A model generated the notes under the pieces. The model ran no database searches. It worked only from the letters and a program-made list of their open reading frames with translations, and was not told the origin of the DNA. A DNA stretch of 64,000 nucleotides, from assembly GCA_963735595.1 (NCBI GenBank), contig CAVTLK010000001.1:227008-291007 (forward strand), in the 5' to 3' direction. This document shows, piece by piece, positions 41,701 to 50,620 of the stretch. Made by a program: the position numbers and the translations under genes. Each line of letters begins with the position of its first letter. The stretch's first letter is position 1. The DNA comes from an uncultured delta proteobacterium (GTDB lineage Bacteria > Desulfobacterota > Zymogenia > Zymogenales > Zymogenaceae).

Positions 41701-43662
41701 TTAGATCACCCGATTATTGATGAGGTCTTCCACAACGTGCGGATCTGCCAGCGTCGAGGTATCGCCGACCTGGTCGGGGGCGTTCTCGGCGATCTTGCGC
41801 AGGATCCGGCGCATGATCTTGCCCGAACGGGTCTTCGGCAGGCCATCCGCGAACTGGAGCTTATCGGGCGTCGCGATCGGGCCGATGAGGGTCCTGACGT
41901 GGGCAATCAGCTCTTTCTTGAGCTCATCGGATTTTGGAACGCCGGCGTTAAGGGTTACGTAGGCATAGATGCCCTGGCCCTTGATGTCATGGGGGAAACC
42001 GACGACCGCGGCCTCAGCCACCTTTGCGTGGGCTACGAGGGCGCTTTCGACTTCGGCCGTTCCCATCCGGTGTCCGGAGACGTTGATAACGTCGTCAACA
42101 CGTCCGGTGATCCAGTAGTAGCCGTCCGCATCCCGGCGGGCGCCGTCGCCCGAGAAGTAGTAGCCGGGGAACTGAATGAAATAGGTCTCTTTGTATCGCT
42201 TGGGATCTCCGTAGACGCCGCGCATCTGGCCGGGCCACGAACGCTTGATGCAGAGCGCGCCTTCGCCGGGGCCCTCGATTTCCTTACCGTTGGCATCAAC
42301 CAGGCAGGGCTCAACACCGAAGAACGGAAGGGTAGCGCTGCCGGGCTTGGTCGGCCAGGCGCCCGGAAGCGGGGTGATCAAAATACCGCCGGTCTCGGTC
42401 TGCCACCACGTATCGACGATCGGGCAATTCTCTTTGCCGATATTAAGATGGTACCAGCCCCAGGCTTCGGGGTTGATAGGCTCGCCCACAGAGCCGAGGA
42501 GCTTGAGGCTGGACAGGCTATGTTTCTTGACCCAGTCAAGCCCTTCCTTGGCGATTGCGCGGATGGCGGTGGGGGCGGTGTAGATGATGTTGACTTTGTA
42601 TTTGTCCACGACGTCCCAGAACCGGCCCCAGTCGGGGTACGAAGGAACGCCCTCGAACATGATCGAGGTGGCGCCGTTTGCCAGGGGGCCGTAGACGATG
42701 TAGGAGTGGCCGGTGACCCAGCCGATATCGGCGGTGCACCAATACATGTCGCCATCATGGTAATCGAAGATGATCTTATGGGTGTAGGAAACGTAGACCA
42801 TGTAGCCGCCGGTCGTGTGCATAACGCCCTTGGGCTTTCCGGTGGAGCCGGAGGTGTAGAGGATGAAGAGGGGATCTTCGGCGTCCATCTCCTCGCAGGG
42901 GCAGTCGGCGCTCGCCTTTGCCATCAGGTCTTCCCACCAGAGGTCGCGGCCCTCTTTCCAGGAGCAATTGATCTTATCGCCGACGCGCTTGTAGATGATG
43001 ACCTTTTCCACGGGGGTTCCTTCAACTGCTTTATCGGCATTGTCCTTCTGGGGGACAGCCTTGGCGCCGCGGAAGGTTCCGTCGCACGTGACGAGTATCT
43101 TGGACTTACAATCGATAATACGGTCCTTCAACGCATCGGCCGAGAAGCCGCCAAAGACGATGCTGTGGATGGCGCCGATGCGGGCGCAGGCCAGGAGCGC
43201 TATGGCAAGCTGCGGGATCATGGGGAGATAGATCGTTACGCGATCGCCCTTCTTGACGCCGAGGCTCTTGAGGACGTTGGCGAACTTGCTGACTTCGGCG
43301 TGTAATTCCTTATAGGTGTACTTCCACGACTCGCTGGGGTCGTTCCCCTCTCCGATGATAGCAACCTGGTTTTCCTTGGCGGTTCCCAGGTGTCGGTCGA
43401 GGCAGTTGTAGCAGGCGTTGAGCTTGCCGCCGACAAACCACTTGATCTCTGCCTCTTTGTAGTTCTCTTCGTTAACCTTGGTCCATTTCTTGTACCAGGT
43501 AATCTGCTCTTCGGCCACCTTACCCCAGAAAGCATCGGGGTCTTTCATGGACTGATCCCAAAGCTTCTGGTATTCATCCCTGCTCTTGATGTAGGCTTTT
43601 CCGGTGAATTCCTTGGGCGGCGCGAAGGTCTTACCCTCAAATGCGCTTTTCTCATCTGCCAT
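41701..43662 (-). CDS. acs: Acetyl-CoA synthetase (acetate--CoA ligase, AMP-forming)
   Basis: 653 aa. Reads MADEKSAF...[12 protein letters not shown] (AMP-binding motif)...WWQTETG. SD CACGGAGG. Confidence 0.95.
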   Translation of the reverse strand: MADEKSAFEGKTFAPPKEFTGKAYIKSRDEYQKLWDQSMKDPDAFWGKVAEEQITWYKKWTKVNEENYKEAEIKWFVGGKLNACYNCLDRHLGTAKENQVAIIGEGNDPSESWKYTYKELHAEVSKFANVLKSLGVKKGDRVTIYLPMIPQLAIALLACARIGAIHSIVFGGFSADALKDRIIDCKSKILVTCDGTFRGAKAVPQKDNADKAVEGTPVEKVIIYKRVGDKINCSWKEGRDLWWEDLMAKASADCPCEEMDAEDPLFILYTSGSTGKPKGVMHTTGGYMVYVSYTHKIIFDYHDGDMYWCTADIGWVTGHSYIVYGPLANGATSIMFEGVPSYPDWGRFWDVVDKYKVNIIYTAPTAIRAIAKEGLDWVKKHSLSSLKLLGSVGEPINPEAWGWYHLNIGKENCPIVDTWWQTETGGILITPLPGAWPTKPGSATLPFFGVEPCLVDANGKEIEGPGEGALCIKRSWPGQMRGVYGDPKRYKETYFIQFPGYYFSGDGARRDADGYYWITGRVDDVINVSGHRMGTAEVESALVAHAKVAEAAVVGFPHDIKGQGIYAYVTLNAGVPKSDELKKELIAHVRTLIGPIATPDKLQFADGLPKTRSGKIMRRILRKIAENAPDQVGDTSTLADPHVVEDLINNRVI

Positions 43663-44076
43663 ACTGCAAACCTCCGTGATTGTAAAATCCGTCTCGTCAG
43701 GGGTATTAAATATCTCTCAGAACCGATCCGCTCGGCCTATATCCCCCTTAGATAATAAACCCTAAATCCGTTGAAATATACCCTATAGAGCCTTTATGTG
43801 TCAAGTAAAAAATGAATGGTAATTCATTAACGCGAACGCCGTTAAGCTTAAAAATCATTCTTTTTGTGCTCCGGGCTATTGGCCGGGATCAGACTTCGGG
43901 ACAGGATAGCCTAACCGGATTTATAGGCGGCAGCCCACAGAAAAGTAAACTCGCCAGGGACCAAGAGGCCGTGGCGGCCATATAAGGTCGCAACCGTCGA
44001 TGATTCCCTGTCAGGACGGGAACGGGCGTTTCTGTGTGAAAACGCGGAGCCGCTTTACGGGGACGTCAGAGGATTG

Positions 44077-44907
44077 TCAGAGTGATTCCAGTTTTTTAGC
44101 GGCTGTCTCAGCCTGGGGCTCCTTTGGGTATTTCTTCACGATGTCGGAGAAGATCGTCCTGGCGTGTGCCGTATCGTTAAGCTCGAGGAATGCGAAACCC
44201 TCTTTGAGCATTGCGGCCGGAACCTTATCTCCCGAGGGGTATTTCTTGATAACCGTATCGTATTCAAGGATCGCCCGCTCGTACGATTTACGGGCGTAAT
44301 AGATCTCACCGATCCAGAATTGGGCGTTGTCGGCCAGCGACGAATCAGAGGAGCGCTCTATAAACGCCCTGAAGTCACGCTCGGCCCCGTCATAGTCCTT
44401 ATCCTGGAATTTCTTGTAGCCCGCGGCATAGAGATCCTCGGCTGTACGGCCGGCCCCGGAAGTGGGGGGCTCGTCCGTATCTCCGGGTACTGTGGTGCCG
44501 ATCTTGTCCGACGGGGGCGAGGTCCCGGACGGATCCGACGAAGACTTAATAGCGAGTTTATTCTCGACGGCCGATAGCCTGCGCTCGATGCTATAGAGGC
44601 GCGTCTCGATATCGGCGGTTGTCCTGTTGATAACCTCCTTCAGGACGGCGATTTCCTCGATCGCACGTTCGAACTCATACTGTTTTTCCTCGTAACTCCC
44701 CCGGATCTTTTTTACCTCTTCCATGACGGTATCATAATTAGCCCCGGATGTGGCCTTAGTATCCAGAGATGTCTTCTTGAGGATATCGACCTCGTCGTTC
44801 AACGAGCTGATCTGGCGCTGAAGATCTTCAATATTACCTGTTGTCACGCAGGACGAGATCAGGAATATACAAGAAAGTAATACGATACGTCCGTAGTAAG
44901 TTGACAT
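44077..44907 (-). CDS. ybgF: Tol-Pal system protein YbgF/CpoB-like (lipoprotein-type signal peptide, coiled coil, C-terminal TPR-like repeats)
   Basis: Reads MSTYYGRIVLLSCIFLISSC, a long coiled coil, then YAAGYKKFQDKDYDGAERDFRAFIERSSDSSLADNAQFWIGEIYY...YPSGDKVPAAMLKEGFAFLELND (YbgF-type repeats). Strong SD AAGGAGGT. Confidence 0.7.
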   Translation of the reverse strand: MSTYYGRIVLLSCIFLISSCVTTGNIEDLQRQISSLNDEVDILKKTSLDTKATSGANYDTVMEEVKKIRGSYEEKQYEFERAIEEIAVLKEVINRTTADIETRLYSIERRLSAVENKLAIKSSSDPSGTSPPSDKIGTTVPGDTDEPPTSGAGRTAEDLYAAGYKKFQDKDYDGAERDFRAFIERSSDSSLADNAQFWIGEIYYARKSYERAILEYDTVIKKYPSGDKVPAAMLKEGFAFLELNDTAHARTIFSDIVKKYPKEPQAETAAKKLESL

Positions 44908-45100
44908 CCCGACCTCCTTATAAAGAATCGTTCGTTTGACTATCGTCGTTCGATTGAATACGGTTTTATTATGAGCTATCGCTATTATACCGGGAACGAG
45001 GCTATCCATCAAGGCAAAATAAACGATAACTATTGACAACAGGCGGATTGATTGGGTACTATAAACCAACATGAAACGAATACTCGGGTTGAACATCTAA

Positions 45101-45697
45101 ATGATAGACTATAAAATAGTGTCCGATGATTCTCTCGTGGCGCAGGCTCAGAAAAAGGATTATCAGGCCTTTGAAGAGCTCGTGAAGCGCTATGAGGGTA
45201 AGATATATGGCCATACGTTGAGGATGGTTGGAAATCGAGAAGACGCGCAGGACGTATTGCAGGAGACGTTTCTTAACGTATTTAAGAGTTTAGAGAATTT
45301 TCGCGGTGATTCTTCGTTTTCAACATGGATTTACAGGATTGCGACAAACAATGCGCTGATGCGTTTGAGGAAGCTCTCCCATGCTGAACGCGAATTAAAC
45401 GATGAGCTCCCGCCTCCCGAATCGATGAAACGGCAAGCCCTGGCAAGCCATATACTTGATCCGAAGGATGCATTCCTCGAAAAAGAGATGCTGCGGGAGT
45501 TGGACAAGGCCGTGGAACGGCTGCCGGAAAAATACCGAACGATCTTCCTTCTCCGGGACGTGGAGGAGTTTTCCACCGAGAGGACGGCTACTGTCCTCGG
45601 CATTTCGGAGGCGGCTGTAAAATCCCGTCTTCATCGGGCTCGGCTTTTTATCCGGGAGGCACTGCTTAGGAAATTTGAGGGGAAGACGGAGTCGTAA
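45101..45697 (+). CDS. ECF (sigma-70 group 4) RNA polymerase sigma factor
   Basis: Region 2 (...DAQDVLQETFLNVFKSL) and region 4 (ISEAAVKSRLHRAR) are recognisable. Confidence 0.85.
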   Translation: MIDYKIVSDDSLVAQAQKKDYQAFEELVKRYEGKIYGHTLRMVGNREDAQDVLQETFLNVFKSLENFRGDSSFSTWIYRIATNNALMRLRKLSHAERELNDELPPPESMKRQALASHILDPKDAFLEKEMLRELDKAVERLPEKYRTIFLLRDVEEFSTERTATVLGISEAAVKSRLHRARLFIREALLRKFEGKTES

Positions 45698-45699
45698 AC

Positions 45700-45960
45700 A
45701 TGAACGAACATCACGAGTGCAAGGACTGCAAGAAGATATTCGAGAAGCTGTCGGAATACATCGATAAAGAGCTTAATGAAGAAGAATGCCTTGTATTCGA
45801 GGAGCATATCAGGAATTGTAAACCCTGCCTCGATTTTCTCGAAAGCCTTCACTGTACCATCAATCTCTGCAGGCGGCTTGACAATCAAGAGTCGTACCGA
45901 ATACCCCGTGACGTGAGCGTCCAACTGCACGAGTTCCTTAAGAAAGAATGCAAACTGTAA
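45700..45960 (+). CDS. Zinc-finger anti-sigma factor (ZAS family, RsrA-like)
   Basis: H-x3-C-x2-C motif (HIRNCKPC) plus an upstream Cys pair (CKDC). 86 aa, immediately downstream of the ECF sigma with a 2-nt gap. Confidence 0.7.
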   Translation: MNEHHECKDCKKIFEKLSEYIDKELNEEECLVFEEHIRNCKPCLDFLESLHCTINLCRRLDNQESYRIPRDVSVQLHEFLKKECKL

Positions 45961-46220
45961 CAGATCGAATGGAATCATGGTTGCCCTGTAGGAAACGGCG
46001 GCTGTAATATGAAACAATATATAAAAATAGCGGCGGGGACGGTACTGGGCTTCATCAGCGGGTGGATCCTCGGATTGGTGGTCCAATACGCCGGTTCCAC
46101 GTGAACGGTATTTTGCCATCCGGCGGTTCCGGCCGTATTAGGCGGGATCATCGGGTTGGCCCTGGCCCTGGGAGGGCCGGAAGGCGGGAAATCGGGAAAA
46201 GGGATGCGAGGTGATACATA

Positions 46221-47174
46221 GTGAATATACCGGAATATGATCTGGTCATCATTGGTGCCGGTCCCGCCGGTCTAACGGCTGCGCTCTATGGGGGAAGGGG
46301 TGGATTGAAAACCCTTGTTCTCGAGCGGATGTCGGCAGGTGGACACGCGGCGATGACCGATGCCATTGAAAACTACCCCGGATTCCCCGAAGGGATATCC
46401 GGAACGGCGCTCGCCGAATCCATGGAGAAACAGACCAGGAAATTCGGCGCCTCCTTCAAGACGATTACCGAAGTGACTAAACTCGACCGTGCCGATGAGC
46501 TGTTCACGGTTACGGCCGGCGATGAGATGTTTACCGGTAAGGCCGTTATCGTCGCCTCCGGGGCCGATCCAACGAAGCTCGGCGTACCGCGGGAGGATGA
46601 GCTTATCGGCAAGGGGGTGAGCTATTGCGCCGTTTGTGACGGAGCATTTTTCAAGGGGGCGCAGGTAGCCGTTATCGGCGGAGGCAATTCCGCGTTGGAA
46701 GAGGCGATCTATTTAACGCGATATGCGAAACGGGTATACCTGATTCACCGCCGGGACAGGTTCAGAGCCGATAAGATACTTACCGATCGCGCGCTCTCTC
46801 ACCCCTCGATCGAAGTTGTCATGGAGACCGTCGTCGAAGAGATAATTGGAGACCGGGCGGTGTCGGCGGTTAAGCTTAAAAACGTAAAGACATCACAGAC
46901 CAAGACCCTGGCGATCGAGGGGATATTCATATACGCCGGGTACCGGCCGAACACGGAGTATCTCACGGGTGTTGTTGATCTGGACGAGGTCGGGTGCATT
47001 GTCACCGACGCTGAAATGGCCACAGGTGTCCCGGGTCTTTTTGCGGCCGGGGACGTGAGGTCAAAGGGTCTCAGGCAGGTGGTCACGGCGGCGGGTGACG
47101 GCGCGACGGCGGCCTACTCGGCGGAAAAATATATCGAAGCCATGGAAAACCGTCAGTATGGGGAATTCAAGTGA
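46221..47174 (+). CDS. trxB: Thioredoxin-disulfide reductase
   Basis: Reads DLVIIGAGPAGLTAALY, redox-active CAVCDG, GGGNSALEEA. 317 aa, GTG start. Confidence 0.9.
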   Translation: MNIPEYDLVIIGAGPAGLTAALYGGRGGLKTLVLERMSAGGHAAMTDAIENYPGFPEGISGTALAESMEKQTRKFGASFKTITEVTKLDRADELFTVTAGDEMFTGKAVIVASGADPTKLGVPREDELIGKGVSYCAVCDGAFFKGAQVAVIGGGNSALEEAIYLTRYAKRVYLIHRRDRFRADKILTDRALSHPSIEVVMETVVEEIIGDRAVSAVKLKNVKTSQTKTLAIEGIFIYAGYRPNTEYLTGVVDLDEVGCIVTDAEMATGVPGLFAAGDVRSKGLRQVVTAAGDGATAAYSAEKYIEAMENRQYGEFK

Positions 47175-47236
47175 AACTGGAGCTGCCGGCAGAATACCGG
47201 GTCATTACAAAACAATATAAAGTAACGAGGTGAACG

Positions 47237-47443
47237 ATGCCTATCTATGAATATCGCTGCGCCAGATGCGCGAAGGAGTTCGAGGTACTGCAAAAACCGA
47301 CCGACGGGCCGGAGGGCGTTGTCTGTCCATCCTGTGGTAACCCAAAGGCGGAAAAGATTCTTTCGTCGTGTTGCGCCCCGTCATCCCATAAGTCGGAGGG
47401 GGTGTCCGGGACTTCATCCTGCTCGACACGTAAGTTTGGCTGA
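47237..47443 (+). CDS. FmdB-family zinc-ribbon protein
   Basis: Reads MPIYEYRCARCAKEFE...CPSCGNPKAEK, the FmdB/CxxC_CxxC_SSSS-type signature. Confidence 0.75.
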   Translation: MPIYEYRCARCAKEFEVLQKPTDGPEGVVCPSCGNPKAEKILSSCCAPSSHKSEGVSGTSSCSTRKFG

Positions 47444-47492
47444 CGGTAAACGTACCCCTGAGTATCAGGGGAAGGATGTTGGAGCACTAAGC

Positions 47493-47531
47493 GGACACAC
47501 GGACACTACTGGTGTCGGTGTGTCTTTTATT
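47493..47531 (+). terminator. Rho-independent terminator after fmdB
   Basis: GGACACACGGACACtactgGTGTCGGTGTGTCTTTTATT. Confidence 0.7.
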
Positions 47532-47600
47532 GTCGAACATGGTAGACTATCAGATCGCACCGCACACTGGACGGAGAAGATCTGATGAGGATTTAGACCG

Positions 47601-48938
47601 TTGAAAGAGAGAAAGATCGCGGTTATCGGAATGGGATACGTCGGGATTCCCTGCGCGGCGCTTCTGGCCGATGTGCCGGGACATAACGTCATCGGGCTGG
47701 AGAAAGGATCAGACAGAAGTGCCTGGAAAATCGATACCCTCAATGCCGGCCTCTCGCCGATAGAGGGCGATGAACCGGGTTTGGCAGAGCTTCTGGGACG
47801 TGTCGTCGGGAAGGGATCGTTTCGCGCCACGGGAGACTACGCGGCGTTATCGGATCGTGACACGATCCTCATCTGTGTCCAAACGCCCACCGAGGGCGAT
47901 AATCATCGGCCCAGATACCTTGCGCTCAAAGATGCCGCAAAAGGAATCGGCGATAATTTGAAGACGGGGGCCCTTGTTATTACCGAGTCGACCCTTGCGC
48001 CCGGAACAACGGAGCACGTCATCAAACCGATCATCGAGCGTGCCTCCGGTCTCAAAGCGGGCAAAGATTTCTCCCTTGCGTATTCCTACGAGCGCCTGAT
48101 GCCGGGCCGCCTTATCCGTTATATCCAGGAGCTACCCCGCATCGTCGGGGGTATTGACACGGAAAGCGAACGCAGGGCGCGCGAGCTCTACGCTACGATA
48201 GTGAAGGCCCCCGTCCATACCACCGATGTCATGACGGCGGAGGCGACCAAGACCATCGAAAACGCCTACCGGGACGTGAACATAGCGTTTTCCAACGAAA
48301 TGGCACTCGTATGCGAGAGCCTCGGTATTAACGTATATGAGGTGCAACGGCTCATCAATACGCGATCCGAGCGGATGATGCACTATCCGGGAGCGGGCGT
48401 CGGCGGACACTGTCTTCCAAAGGATACGTGGCTTCTGCTCCATGGACTATCCATGTATGGTAAGCATGAAGTAAAGACCCACTTTGTTGAACTGGCACGC
48501 TCAATTAACGAATCGATGCCCGTTCACGTCTTTAGGCTCCTCGAGGATGCCTTAAGGCAAAAGGGAAGAGAATTCCCCGATGTCAAAGTAGCGCTTTTAG
48601 GCGTCGCGTATCTCGAGAACTCCGATGATACGAGGAACACCCCGGCATACGCTTTGATCGACCGGCTGGCCGCGTACGGGGCCGATATTATAGCGCACGA
48701 TCCGTACGTGACCATATTCCCGGAGGCGCGGCTGACCCATGATCTTGACGAGGCCATACGGGATGCCGATGCCCTCGTGATTATGACCAAGCATTCGCAG
48801 TACGATTCCATGAGCCTGGCAGATGCGGCAAAGGCCATGCGCACTCGCATAATCATCGACGGGAGAGACACGTTTGACCCTGATGATGCGCTGTCCGCGG
48901 GATTTTTCTATCGGGCTATAGGCAAAGGCACCGCCTAA
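47601..48938 (+). CDS. Nucleotide-sugar dehydrogenase (UDP-ManNAc / UDP-GlcNAc 6-dehydrogenase family, WecC/WbpA-like), paralog 1
   Basis: Reads IAVIGMGYVGIPCAALLA (N-terminal Rossmann), GGHCLPKD catalytic Cys motif, C-terminal UDP-binding domain. TTG start. Confidence 0.85.
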   Translation: MKERKIAVIGMGYVGIPCAALLADVPGHNVIGLEKGSDRSAWKIDTLNAGLSPIEGDEPGLAELLGRVVGKGSFRATGDYAALSDRDTILICVQTPTEGDNHRPRYLALKDAAKGIGDNLKTGALVITESTLAPGTTEHVIKPIIERASGLKAGKDFSLAYSYERLMPGRLIRYIQELPRIVGGIDTESERRARELYATIVKAPVHTTDVMTAEATKTIENAYRDVNIAFSNEMALVCESLGINVYEVQRLINTRSERMMHYPGAGVGGHCLPKDTWLLLHGLSMYGKHEVKTHFVELARSINESMPVHVFRLLEDALRQKGREFPDVKVALLGVAYLENSDDTRNTPAYALIDRLAAYGADIIAHDPYVTIFPEARLTHDLDEAIRDADALVIMTKHSQYDSMSLADAAKAMRTRIIIDGRDTFDPDDALSAGFFYRAIGKGTA

Positions 48939-48961
48939 TATAAAGAATACCGTTGTCTGCA

Positions 48962-48995
48962 AATGCACGATGTGATATGAAATGCATCGTGCATT
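48962..48995. repeat. Perfect 11-bp inverted repeat between the two dehydrogenase paralogs (AATGCACGATG-N12-CATCGTGCATT)
   Basis: Read directly. No clear T-run follows, so it is an operator or an attenuator hairpin. Confidence 0.6.
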
Positions 48996-49019
48996 ATTCA
49001 TTTTCAAGGGGCCGTAACC

Positions 49020-50354
49020 GTGAAGAAAAAGATTGCCGTTGTTGGAATGGGGTATGTGGGAATACCGTGTGCCGCGTTGCTGGCCGACGTCGAGGGGTTT
49101 GACGTTACCGGTATACAGCGGAGATCACAGCGAAGCGGGTGGAAGATCGATGCCCTCAACTCGGGAAAATCACCGATAGAAGGGGACGAGCCGGGACTCG
49201 ATGAGCTTCTGACGCGGGTGGTCGGAAAAGGGAGTTTCCGGGTTACCGACGATTTCTCTGTAATCAAACAAATGGACGTTGTCCTTATTGACGTACAAAC
49301 CCCTACGGACGGCGCGGGACATGAGCCCCAGTATCTTTCTTTGAAAGAGGTTGCCAGGGAGATCGGGACATACATGAAGCAGGGTGTACTTGTCATAACC
49401 GAATCGACCGTTGCCCCGGGAACCACCGAACACGTAATCTGCCCGATTCTCGAGAGAAAATCGGGATTGCAGGCGGGCAAAGACTTCTCCCTGGCATATT
49501 CCTATGAGCGGGTTATGCCGGGAAAACTGATAGAATATATCGTGAATTTGCCCCGGATCGTCGGCGGTATCGATCCACAAAGCGAGAACAGTGCGCGGGA
49601 ACTCTATGCCACGATAGTGAAAGCAAAGATCCACACCACCGACGTCCTGACGGCCGAGACAACCAAGACCATTGAAAACGCCTACCGGGACGTGAATATA
49701 GCGTTTTCCAACGAGATGGCCCTCGTATGCGAGAGCCTCGGAATAAACGTATACGAGGTTCAGCAGCTCATTAATACGCGATCCGAACGGATGATGCACT
49801 ATCCTGGCGCGGGGGTGGGCGGACACTGCCTTCCCAAGGATACGTGGCTTCTTCTCTACGGACTCAATACGTACGGCTCAAAGAAGGTCCAAACGCATTT
49901 TGTGGAGCTCGCCCGGAGTATCAATGAATCAATGCCGAATCATCTGGTAAATCTCCTCTCCGAATGCCTGAAATCGCGCGGAAAAAGTTTCCCCGACTCA
50001 AAGGTAGTAGTCTTGGGTGTTGCGTACCTGGAAAACTCGGATGACACGCGTAATACGCCTGCCTATGATGTGGTGGCGCGTCTAATGGCCCACGGAGCCG
50101 AAGTCATTGCACACGATCCGTACGTACGCGAATTCCCTCAGGTTGAGCTCACCAGGGACCTCATAGCGGCGGCCCAAGACGCCGATGCCCTCGTCATAGT
50201 TACAAAGCACAAGGAGTACTATACGATGGACTTGGGAGCCCTCAAAAAGGTAATGCGGGATCATATAATCATTGACGGCAGAGACGTGATAAATCGGGCG
50301 TCGGCGCGCGCGGCGGGGTTCCTTTATCGAGGTATCGGAAAGGGTGGCGAATAG
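49020..50354 (+). CDS. Nucleotide-sugar dehydrogenase, tandem paralog 2 (roughly 70% identical to paralog 1 by eye)
   Basis: Reads IAVVGMGYVGIPCAALLA...GGHCLPKD. GTG start. Confidence 0.85.
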   Translation: MKKKIAVVGMGYVGIPCAALLADVEGFDVTGIQRRSQRSGWKIDALNSGKSPIEGDEPGLDELLTRVVGKGSFRVTDDFSVIKQMDVVLIDVQTPTDGAGHEPQYLSLKEVAREIGTYMKQGVLVITESTVAPGTTEHVICPILERKSGLQAGKDFSLAYSYERVMPGKLIEYIVNLPRIVGGIDPQSENSARELYATIVKAKIHTTDVLTAETTKTIENAYRDVNIAFSNEMALVCESLGINVYEVQQLINTRSERMMHYPGAGVGGHCLPKDTWLLLYGLNTYGSKKVQTHFVELARSINESMPNHLVNLLSECLKSRGKSFPDSKVVVLGVAYLENSDDTRNTPAYDVVARLMAHGAEVIAHDPYVREFPQVELTRDLIAAAQDADALVIVTKHKEYYTMDLGALKKVMRDHIIIDGRDVINRASARAAGFLYRGIGKGGE

Positions 50355-50519
50355 CCGGTTAACCGTTTGACAGATTACGGGGGTACGGTGATCGGAAGGG
50401 AATGGCCGACTTTTTAATAACGGCCCGAATTGTTATCTGATATTTACAATAAATGTATTATAAAAAATATAAATTATGCTAAATAGTAGAACAATAGTAC
50501 ATATATAACGAATTTTTTA

Positions 50520-50549
50520 TTGACATTGGTACTGCATATCTCGTAGAAT
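50520..50549 (+). promoter_or_regulatory. Sigma-70-like promoter in the AT-rich region upstream of the OMP / FecR-domain cluster
   Basis: TTGACA - 18 nt - TAGAAT. Flanked by a direct repeat TCGTAGAA x2. About 70 nt upstream of the start at 50621. Confidence 0.45.
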
Positions 50550-50620
50550 CTACCTATAGATTCGTAGAAAGGAAGAACGTTCCGGCCCCCCTCGCACCAA
50601 CCCCATGTAAGATTTAACGT

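Noticed and set aside
41737-43305. 522-aa plus-strand ORF
   Set aside because: It is antisense to acetyl-CoA synthetase. It is a Gly/Asp/Val-rich shadow ORF typical of high-GC coding DNA.
50400-50620. AT-rich island upstream of the OMP, considered as a possible horizontally acquired insertion boundary
   Set aside because: It is only ~200 bp. It contains a good sigma-70-like promoter and no repeats, att-like sites or mobility genes. It is better explained as a strong promoter or UP-element region.
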